Of a stretch of 64,000 nucleotides of DNA, positions 35,201-43,555 are shown piece by piece. The translations under genes were made by a program, and so were the position numbers. Source of the DNA: an uncultured Planctomycetaceae bacterium. GTDB taxonomy: Bacteria; Planctomycetota; Planctomycetia; Pirellulales; PALSA-1355. Within the stretch, counting starts at the first letter, position 1; each line of letters begins with the position of its first letter. Under the pieces are notes generated by a model. It saw nothing but the letters and a program-made list of their open reading frames with translations. It made no database searches and was not told where the DNA came from. Where the stretch lies: positions 1-64,000 of the forward strand of contig CAWAUV010000004.1 in assembly GCA_963785305.1 (NCBI GenBank). Direction: 5' to 3'.

Positions 35201-35883
35201 TCGATCGGCACATAGGCGTTTTGCGGCGCTTGTTCGATCGGGTCGCAAGCCCAATCTCCCCAGCCCCTCGGCCGGCAGCACGGCGCGCACCGTGAGCCGG
35301 CGGCTGAGGGTGAGGTCGAGCTTTCGGCCAAGCGCGCTTTCGGCCGGAATGTCGGCGGGTTTGCCGATTCGCAGGATCACATCGTCGCCCGGTTGCACCC
35401 CAAGCGCCGCGGCGAGGGGTTCGTTGATCGCCACTTGGCCGCTCTTCAACGGCTGATCCACCCCGCCCGGGCCGAGCGACCAGAAGTCGTTGCCCACGCC
35501 AAAGAGTGACACCGATCCGACCCGCGGCGGCAGTCCGGGGGCCGTGGAGTCGGCCGGAGCCCCCCGCTGCTCCGCCGATCGGCTCCGGGCGCTCGAGCGA
35601 TCCTTCGAGCACCAGCGCGGGCACGGCCTCGAGTCGATCGCGCTCGAGCGCGGGGTTCCAGCGGCGGGCCAGATCGGCCTCGACAAAACGGGTGGCGAGG
35701 AGCACGCTTTCGATGCGACCGAGGCGATCAAGCGTCAAATGACGCAGACTGCCCGCGCACCGAATCGCCCACCACCAGCGCGCCGCCGAGCACCGCCGCC
35801 GCCACGGCCACCGCCACGGCCACCGTGGCATGCGAGCGGGCATGAAATCGCAAGCTAGCGAAGATCAGTTTGGCGAGCGACAT
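32293..35883 (-). CDS. Large FtsX/MacB-type ABC transporter permease, several frameshifts
   Basis: AVLGGALVVGDSVR N-terminus; two FtsX-like segments (IERRAREIGVLEAAGF and FERRGELALMRAVGF). Confidence 0.85.
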
Positions 35884-35985
35884 TGAAACCGTGACGAATC
35901 CGGGGAACAGGCGGGGAGCAACTGCTCTTGGAAAGCAATTGCGCGGCGATGCGCGCATTCGCTAGCCGCAAGCCTGACAGCCGAT

Positions 35986-36014
35986 TTGACAGGCGTCAAC
36001 CGGGTATCTAAGAT
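35986..36014 (+). promoter_or_regulatory. Sigma-70 promoter of the Tat micro-gene
   Basis: Perfect TTGACA, 17-nt spacer, TAAGAT. Confidence 0.65.
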
Positions 36015-36083
36015 CGGCCCCAGCGAAGTGGGTCGCGACTCACGTCACACGGCCCTGTAATCCAACAACATGGAGGAATTGCG

Positions 36084-36230
36084 ATGCGCGAAGTGAATTG
36101 CTCCCGGCGAGCGCTGCTCAAGACGGGCCTCAAGGCCTTGGCGCTGCTGGTTCCGGCCGCGGCCGGACTTGCCTCGAAGAAAGCCGACGCGGGAATCGTC
36201 ATCGTGCGGCGGCGACGACGCCGATTTTAA
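36084..36230 (+). CDS. 48-aa twin-arginine-signal precursor of an Arg-rich peptide (not in ORF track)
   Basis: GGAGG RBS; MREVNCSRRALLKTGLKALALLVPAAAGLASKKADA|GIVIVRRRRRRF*. Confidence 0.8.
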   Translation: MREVNCSRRALLKTGLKALALLVPAAAGLASKKADAGIVIVRRRRRRF

Positions 36231-36422
36231 TCGCGATCGGCGTGGCGCCGTTGAATGGGCGCCAATGAAATCGAGAACGCTTTGGGCCGACCCCTTGTTT
36301 GCGGGGGATCGGCCCGTTTCTTGCGCAGTGACCTGACGGCATGGACCGAGCGCCGCTAGCAGGCGTCGGGCGCGGCGGCTCGGTCCGAACTCGCGAGCAA
36401 TCGCGATGCATTTCGAGGCGCG

Positions 36423-36719
36423 TTATTTCGCGCTCGGATCGCGAAGCTGATCGAGCGACCGGCCCAACCGCTTGCGTTCGGGCTTCGACGGCGCTCCCGG
36501 CGCCGGCTTCTCGGCCGCGCCGAGGGCCTTGGTCTCGGCCGTCGCGAGCGCCGGCGAGGCGCTCGCGTGTTTGAGCACCGCCATTACATGGGGGCTCACA
36601 TCATTGACATCGCCGGTTGGAGTTCCGAGTTGTTCGACCGCGTCGGAAAATCCCAACAGCACGCTCCGTCGAACGCTTTCCCGAATCCAGTGGAAAACGC
36701 CTTGATTATTGCTGCTCAT
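36423..36719 (-). CDS. Small hypothetical protein
   Basis: FHWIRESVRRSVLLGFSDAVEQLG...RKRLGRSL; codon pattern typical of the genome. Confidence 0.7.
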   Translation of the reverse strand: MSSNNQGVFHWIRESVRRSVLLGFSDAVEQLGTPTGDVNDVSPHVMAVLKHASASPALATAETKALGAAEKPAPGAPSKPERKRLGRSLDQLRDPSAK

Positions 36720-36936
36720 GAAGCGCAGTTCCAAGCATTCTAGACAGACGGATAGTAACGAGCCCGCCGGCGACGGCAGGACTCACGGGGCGGCAATACT
36801 ACTCGCGACCGTTGGCCGACAGAAGAGCAGTTTCGCGCTTTGCGCGGTCGTGCGGTCGTGCGGTCGTGGCGCGGTCGCGGCCCGCCGCTGGCATCGCCGG
36901 CGCCGGCGCCAGCGTGTGTTCCGGGAAAGTCCCAAC

Positions 36937-36955
36937 CTGTTGAATATTTCAACAG
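36937..36955. promoter_or_regulatory. Intergenic palindrome CTGTTGAA-N3-TTCAACAG (operator or IS-end remnant)
   Basis: Perfect 8-bp arms; second copy at 42840. Confidence 0.45.
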
Positions 36956-37141
36956 CCTGCGCCGCTCCGGGCTCGTTGGCGCGGTTGTGCCGATCGTTAC
37001 GAGCCGCGCGGCAATCACGTGTGGTCGGTCAGCGAGGCCAAGTCGCTGTCGGCGGCCCGGCCAATCGCGACCTAAATTCTCAATAAGCCCTTCAATTTTG
37101 GGCGGCTGTTTTTCGAGCGTGAGCATGAAAAGGTGTTGGCG

Positions 37142-38317
37142 ATGGCGGATTTGCGGCTGCGAGTTTTGAGTTCGCCAAGCGAATTGCGCGCCGCGGCGCC
37201 GGCCTGGGATCGGCTCTGGTTGGCAAGCGATTGTTGCCTGCCGACTTTGCAAGCCGATCTCCTGGCCATCGAAGCCGAGCATTTTCGGCCCGGCAAGCGG
37301 TTTCACTTTCTGGCGGTCGAGGAAGACGGACGGTTCGTGGCCGCGCTGCCGATCATCGACCGCGGCGGGCCGCCGGGTTGGCGCCTCGGCGCGGCGACGG
37401 GCAATCACTGGTCACCCGCTTGCGATCTGCTCGTCGACCGAAGCGTGAATGTCGACGCCGCGCTCGATCAGCTCGCCGTCGGAACCGCCGCCGGGCATTG
37501 GCCACTGATCGATTTGCACGGAACCGACATGGCGCTCGAGCGCTGGCAATCCTGGCGCCGGGCGATCGAGCGGACCGGCGCTCCCGCCATGCTCCGCCAG
37601 CGGCTCCGCGTGGGCACGGTGAAAATCCAGGGCCCTTGGTCCGAATATATCGAGTCGCTCAGCCGCAACCATCGGCGCCAGATGCGGCGCATCGAAAAGA
37701 AATCGGCGCTCCTGGGCGAATTGAACCTCCGCGTCGAACGCGACATCGAGCCGCATCAGATCGCCCCGCTGGTTCGCCGCGGCTTTCAAGTCGAACATTC
37801 GAGTTGGAAACGCGGCAGCGAGAGCTCGGTGCTATCGACCGAAGGCATGCTCGACTTCTACATCGCGCAGGCCAAAGCGCTCGCCGCCCGCGGACAATTG
37901 CAACTCACCTTCTTGGAACTCAATGGCGAGGCGATCGCTTTCGAATATGGCTGGCTCGCCAAAGGCGTCTATTTCGCGGTGAAGGTCGGCTACGATCAGG
38001 CTCGCGCCGAGATCACGCCCGGCCAATTGCTCCGCTGGCTGCTCTTCGAGCGACTGCATCACGAAGGCCGTTGGCACACGATCGACTTCGTGGGCCCGCT
38101 GACTCGCGCCTTATCCAGTTGGGCCAATGATCAATACACGATCAGCCGGCTTGTGGTGGCGCCGCGGCGACTCTCGGGCCGAATGGCGCTGGCGGCCTAT
38201 CGCTTCGCGCGACCGCTGCTCGCTCGAGGTCGGCAATCGCGGGCATCGGCTTCGCCGCCGCGCGAAAACCGCGCCGAGCCGAGTGAATCGAACGAACGGA
38301 CGCTGGCCGACGTCTGA
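37142..38317 (+). CDS. GNAT-family acetyltransferase (CelD/BcsL-like)
   Basis: SLSRNHRRQMRR, SSWK, LELNGEAIAF, KVGYD and TPGQLL. Confidence 0.85.
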   Translation: MADLRLRVLSSPSELRAAAPAWDRLWLASDCCLPTLQADLLAIEAEHFRPGKRFHFLAVEEDGRFVAALPIIDRGGPPGWRLGAATGNHWSPACDLLVDRSVNVDAALDQLAVGTAAGHWPLIDLHGTDMALERWQSWRRAIERTGAPAMLRQRLRVGTVKIQGPWSEYIESLSRNHRRQMRRIEKKSALLGELNLRVERDIEPHQIAPLVRRGFQVEHSSWKRGSESSVLSTEGMLDFYIAQAKALAARGQLQLTFLELNGEAIAFEYGWLAKGVYFAVKVGYDQARAEITPGQLLRWLLFERLHHEGRWHTIDFVGPLTRALSSWANDQYTISRLVVAPRRLSGRMALAAYRFARPLLARGRQSRASASPPRENRAEPSESNERTLADV

Positions 38318-38481
38318 TGATTCGCAAGCGAACCGTTCTGGAAAATCGCCTCGCTAAATTCGCGGAAAATCGTCGTTCCGCGAGGCTCGCGCCGACATGC
38401 CTTCCCTCGCGCCGAGCCGGCGCTTATGATCGATTCTCGTGATTGGAAACAACATCGGCGGCGAGAGCGCGGAGGGTGAGC

Positions 38482-39249
38482 ATGCAGTTAGCGGGGCGGG
38501 CGGCGATTGTCACGGGCGGTGGAACTGGCGTCGGAAGGGCGACCGTATTGCGGCTCGCGCGGCTGGGCGCCCATGTGCTGGTCAATTATTCCCGCTCGCG
38601 CGAGGAGGCCGAAGCCACCGCGGCCGAAGCGCTCTCGCTCGGCGCAGCGCAGGCCTTTGCCCACGAGGCCGACGTGGCCGACGACGCCGCTTGCCGCGCG
38701 ATGATCGATCGGGCAGTCGAACGCTTCGGCCGACTTGACATGCTGGTGAACAATGCCGCGACGACAAAATTCATCGCCGCCGAATCGCTCGACGAAATGA
38801 CCGATGACCTCTGGCGCCGGATCCTCGATGTGAACCTGGTCGGCGCGTTTCATTGTGCCCGCGCCGCCAAGGCGCCGATGCTGGCCGCCGGCGGTGGACA
38901 TATCGTGAATGTGTCGAGCGTGGCCGCGTTTTCCGGCAAAGGCAGCTCGATCGCCTATGCGGCCTCGAAGGCGGCGCTCAACAATCTCACGATCAGCATG
39001 GCCCGGGTCTTGGCGCCGACGATCCGCGTCAATGCCGTGGCGCCCGGCTTTATCACCGGCCGCTGGCTGGAAGAGGGCTACGGCAAACACTACGCGGCCG
39101 TGAAACGGATGGCCGAAATGCGCAGCCCGTTGGGCAAGGTTTCCGATCCCGACGACGTGGCGGCGGCGATTTTGAGCCTGCTCTCCGGCTCGCCGCTCGT
39201 GACCGGTCAAATTCTGGTTTGCGATGGCGGCATGTTGCTCGGCAAGTGA
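38482..39249 (+). CDS. SDR-family oxidoreductase
   Basis: TGGGTGVG, LVNNA, YAASK and VNAVAPG. Confidence 0.93.
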   Translation: MQLAGRAAIVTGGGTGVGRATVLRLARLGAHVLVNYSRSREEAEATAAEALSLGAAQAFAHEADVADDAACRAMIDRAVERFGRLDMLVNNAATTKFIAAESLDEMTDDLWRRILDVNLVGAFHCARAAKAPMLAAGGGHIVNVSSVAAFSGKGSSIAYAASKAALNNLTISMARVLAPTIRVNAVAPGFITGRWLEEGYGKHYAAVKRMAEMRSPLGKVSDPDDVAAAILSLLSGSPLVTGQILVCDGGMLLGK

Positions 39250-39301
39250 CCGCGGGCGCCGCGCAACCGGCGGTAATTCACGTTCTGTCGCGGCCAACCC
39301 G

Positions 39302-40549
39302 TCAATACGATGGTGATCGCGGCGCGCTGTATGCCGGCGGCGCTTGAGCTGCCCGCGCGGGAGGAGAGCCCGGCGGGGAATATGCGCCGGGCGGCGAATA
39401 ATTGGGTGTTGCGTAGCTTGAGCCCGCGCTGGGTGGCGGACCCTGGGCTGGCAAGGCATACGCCGGCGCTCCGGCCGCGGCTTGCGGCGGCGCCAATGTC
39501 GGCTGGGGCGACACTTGATAGGCCGGGTTCGGCTGCCACGCGGCGGGCGGCGCTGTGGGCGAAGCGGTGGGCGCCGCGGGCAAACCACTTGGCGCCGCCG
39601 CGGGAAAAGCTGGCGTTGGTTGCCCCGGAATGCCGCCCCCGGGCATCGCCGGCCCCACATCGGGGCCCGCCAGATCGATATCCTGATAGCCCGGGTACTG
39701 CGGTCGGGTGAAGAGTTGCCGTGGATCGCCGCCCACTTGATTAATCTGTAAGTCCGTAAGGTCGATCGTGAGCGAGAACTTCGTGGCCGGCCATTCGATC
39801 TCGACGCGGCGGGGCATTGTGACGCCCGTGGTCGGGTCGTGCTGATGTTTGCTCAACTTCGAGGTGGCGATTCGCTGATTGCTTGAATTGTAAAGATGCT
39901 GTTCCAGCACGATTCCGCGCAGTTCGTCGAGCACCACGATTCGCTTGAGCGGATCGAGCGACTCGCTCGCCGGCTGCTCGCTGCGAATCTCGATCCGGCC
40001 GCCACCCAGGCTCGAAGGTCCCAAGTGCCGCCAACTGGGGTCGAATGTCACCACGCCCAGCGCTTCGATCAGCCAGTTGGGATCGACCGGAATAATCTGC
40101 CGGGCGCTGCTCGTGGCGTAGCGATCGTCGGCGCAGTAGTAGAGCGCGGGCGGGGCGCCCGGCGGACCCAAAACCAAAACTCCTGGGCATTGCTGCCGAC
40201 ATCGACCTCGGGCCCGGTGAGCGCGGTCTCGCCGCGGAGGCGAAAGTTCTTGTCGCGCTGAAACGCCATGCTTGCCCTCAGGGTCGGGAAGCCGGACACC
40301 GAGATCGAGCCGCGGGTCGTGGAAAAGGCGAGAATACGTTGGCTGTTGCCGTTGACCACTTCGATAATCTGCGCGAGCGTGGGCGAGGCCGGCAGCGCGC
40401 GCGGCAGCGGCTGCGTGTAGCGTTGCACGATTTGCGGACAGCTCGCGCCGCTCGAGCGCCACGGCGAGCGTCGCCGCCGCGAGCAGCCAAACATGGCTGA
40501 TTCGCCGCCGAGCGGGGAGGGGTCGCGGCCCGAGATTCGTGTGCGTCAT
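39302..40549 (-). CDS. Putative lipoprotein (LolA/DUF4292-like fold) with Pro-rich tail, frameshifted
   Basis: SGASC lipobox after a hydrophobic stretch; VDVGSNAQEFWFWV and PRRVEIEWP. Confidence 0.6.
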   Translation of the reverse strand: MTHTNLGPRPLPARRRISHVWLLAAATLAVALERRELSANRATLHAAAAARAAGLAHARADYRSGQRQQPTYSRLFHDPRLDLGVRLPDPEGKHGVSARQELSPPRRDRAHRARGRCRQQCPGVLVLGPPGAPPALYYCADDRYATSSARQIIPVDPNWLIEALGVVTFDPSWRHLGPSSLGGGRIEIRSEQPASESLDPLKRIVVLDELRGIVLEQHLYNSSNQRIATSKLSKHQHDPTTGVTMPRRVEIEWPATKFSLTIDLTDLQINQVGGDPRQLFTRPQYPGYQDIDLAGPDVGPAMPGGGIPGQPTPAFPAAAPSGLPAAPTASPTAPPAAWQPNPAYQVSPQPTLAPPQAAAGAPAYALPAQGPPPSAGSSYATPNYSPPGAYSPPGSPPARAAQAPPAYSAPRSPSY

Positions 40550-41072
40550 GCGTTGCTCGGCGCCAGGAGTTGCGAAAGCTGTTGTTGAATTTCGCGGGCC
40601 CGCTCGGCGCCGGGAACTTCGGTGACGATGCGATAGGTCTTTTCGTTGCGCGGGCAGAAGAGCACCGAGACCTCACGCCCATCGTCCGATTGCTCGGTGT
40701 CTTCGAGCCTCAAAATGCGGCGTCGGGCAAGCAGCAGCGAAAGCACATAGCAAAAATCGTCGGGCGGTCGCGCCGCGGCGGGCGGCTCGACATTGGCGGG
40801 CTTTTCCGTTTCGCCGGGCGTTTCCGTGTCGAGCAGGGCGAGCAGCACATCGCTCGGGGCCGCCTGCTTCTTGACGTTGGCGCCGGAACACGCGATTTCC
40901 ACCAGCCGAGCGACTCGGGCGGCGGGCCGGTCCAGGCTTCCGCCGCGAAGTCGCGCCGCGCGACGCGACCCTCGTCGACCACGAGCAGCGAATAAATCGC
41001 CTCGCCGGGCGCGAGATCGCGTCCGGTCGCCGCGCAGCGCTGCGTGCAACGATCGACTTCGAAGTCCATCAT
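40546..41072 (-). CDS. Hypothetical protein, frameshift ~40885
   Basis: RCTQRCAATGRDLAPGE...WWKSRV then YVLSLLLARRRILR; stop overlaps the next start (ATGA). Confidence 0.7.
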
Positions 41073-41228
41073 GAATCGACATGTCCTGCGAACACGGGAC
41101 GACGCCACGGAAAGAGGGGCGCGAATCCTACCCGAAACCGCGAGTTGGCCTCAACGGCAAGAGCAGGCGCAGGGAGGCCGAACTGACAGCGGCGCCGCGA
41201 TAGCATTCGCCGACGGCGGTTCAAAATG

Positions 41229-41466
41229 TCAAAAGGCGGTGAAGAAGCGGGCATCGGTTCCGCCAGGCCCGATTTTCAATTCAATGCGCTTTCGAGCACC
41301 GCGGACAATGACCCCGATAGGCGGTTCGCTCGTGATTGATATACACGCGGGCATATACATCGCAGCAAGCGAACCGCACTCCCACGAAGCTCCGCGATGT
41401 CGCCGCTTGCCGGGGGCGCGGGCCGACGCCGGAATCGCTCGTCAGATCCAGATTTTCGCCGGCCAC
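41229..41466 (-). CDS. Small Cys-rich (zinc-binding-like) protein, frameshift ~41290
   Basis: FACCDVYARVY...CPRC, continuing RIELKIGPGGTDARFFTAF* in the adjacent frame. Confidence 0.7.
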
Positions 41467-41881
41467 TTGCGCTCCCTTGTCCCGCGACCCGCGAGCTCCG
41501 CGCCGATATCATGGTTCGCCCCGGCCAAAGCGCGGGGGCCGCGAAGAGCGCCGCGGCGGTAGGTTAGCCGGAAACCGGTCGCGGCGAACAGAGCGAAATC
41601 GCCGCGAGCACCGCGCGAACCGGCGCCGCATTCTTCGTCTCCTTGAGCCGCGGAATTGTTCCGCCATTGGTTCGACTTGTCCCGCTAGCGCAAACTCCTT
41701 AGGATGCGGAAACTTCCGAATCGGCGCGGCGAGCCGCCGTTCGGGGGAGGTCGAATTTGGCCGATCGGCGAAATTCGGGCTCGGCAATGGTTGTTTTAGG
41801 CGAGGCGACGCCCGCATTAACAGGGTGTCGTCGGGGCATTGTCGGAAATTTTGTCGCACTAGCAGGCGAGAGCATCGATCC

Positions 41882-42810
41882 GTGAGCGCCAGAAATTCAC
41901 CGAACACTTTCAGGGGCTGTTCAACCTGGCGGTTGCCTTCGCGCGCAACGCACAGGCCGATGTGCTGATGTTGCTGCTCGAGGGCCCGACCGATTGGCAG
42001 CGGCTGAAGTCGATGACCGATGGCGTGAAGACCCTGATCGCGGCCGATTTTCCGCCGCAGCTCGAAGGCGCCGCCGACGCCGGTTTTGCCACCGTGCTCC
42101 TGAAAATGCCGGGAGCGCCGGTCTACGAAAAGCTGACCCAAGCGCTGCTCGAGAGCGTGGCCGACGATATCCTGGCGCCGGGCGCTCAGGTGGTGGCGGT
42201 CTATAGCGGCTTCGAGGCCGGGGCGATCGACTCGATCAGTCTGATCCAGTTGGGCGAGCACTTGGGCACGCTGACGGCCCGTGATCTGCGGCAACTCGAA
42301 ACACGCGTGCCGCTCGACACGCTGAAGACGGTGGTCAACATGGCGGTCGAGATCGGCCGCGAAGGCCGCGAGGGCAAGCCGATCGGCACATTGTTCGTCG
42401 TGGGCGATTCCCGCAAGGTCATGGCCAGCAGCCATCCGGCCGGCTTCGATCCGGTCAAAGGCTATCAGCGCAAGGAGCGGAACCTCGACGATCCGCGCAT
42501 GCGCGAGGGCATCAAGGAGATCGCCCAGCTCGACGGGGCGATCGTGGTCTCGGCCGACGGCGTGGTCGAAGCCGCGGCGCGATATATCGACGCCTCGGCC
42601 GCCAACATCGCGCTCTCGAAGGGCCTGGGCGCTCGCCACTGGGCCGCGGCCGCCATCAGCCGCACGACGCAAGCCGTGGCTGTTGCCGTGAGCGAATCGA
42701 CCGGCACTGTGCGCATCTTCCAAAGCGGCGAAGTGATGCTGCGAATCGAACCTTTCCGCCGCCCCATGAAGTGGAAAGACTTCGAATACGAACCGCCGAC
42801 GGCGGAATAA
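41882..42810 (+). CDS. Diadenylate cyclase (DisA_N/DAC domain), frameshift just after the start
   Basis: EGREGKPIGTLFVVGD, LDGAIVV, GLGARHWAA and VSESTG. Confidence 0.85.
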
Positions 42811-42839
42811 TTTCACGGCTCGCGCCGGCGTGGGGCCGC

Positions 42840-42858
42840 CTGTTGAATTTTTCAACGG
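42840..42858. promoter_or_regulatory. Second copy of the palindrome, CTGTTGAA-N3-TTCAACGG
   Basis: 17/19 identical to 36937-36955. Confidence 0.45.
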
Positions 42859-43099
42859 GCTGTTGGGCTGTCTGATCGCTTTTTTTCGCCTTGGCTGCGC
42901 GATTGTAGCGTTCCGGGCGAGCGGCAAAATGGCCCGCGCTTGCCAGTCCGGTTCAATCGTCGCTAGCGATTTAGCCGACAATGCTTGCAGGCGACCTTTT
43001 GCGACTTGCCGTTGGATTAGCTTGGACTAGCCCCTCACGGTCGCATAACCCACAACAGCCTTCGCCCGCCGGAAGGCTAGCGAAGAGGGATCGTTTCGT

Positions 43100-43441
43100 A
43101 TGAACAGGCACTCGGCCAAGCACGCGGTTGTCGGCTGGATCGATATTCGCTCCGAATCGCCGGCCGGCTCCTCGTGGTTTGTCGCCGGCGCCGATGATCT
43201 CACGCGCAACTTGGAGCGCCTGACCGGCAAAGCCGCCCTTGCACGCCCAATGTCGAGCGAGCGGCTCGTCACGCGGGCGCCGGCGCAGTCGACCGATGGC
43301 TCGCGGTCGCGGGCCGAGCATTCGCCGGCCCGACGCCATGCCCAGGGCGAGCAGGATCGCGTGCCCGCCGATTTGGCCGAGCTTTCGCGAGAGCTCGACG
43401 CCCGTCTGGCCGAGATCCACTCGCGGCTCGTCAACGCCTGA
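43100..43441 (+). CDS. Hypothetical protein
   Basis: GAGG RBS and ATG; fills the gap between genes. Confidence 0.5.
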   Translation: MNRHSAKHAVVGWIDIRSESPAGSSWFVAGADDLTRNLERLTGKAALARPMSSERLVTRAPAQSTDGSRSRAEHSPARRHAQGEQDRVPADLAELSRELDARLAEIHSRLVNA

Positions 43442-43555
43442 CGCGCGACGCTTCGACTGTCGCGATGTTAGACTTGAGCTTTTCTCATCGGTCTTGGGGC
43501 CGGCGCGGTGATCGCCCGCCGGCGCCCGGTTCCTTGGCGAGCTCTCGGGTCGAAC

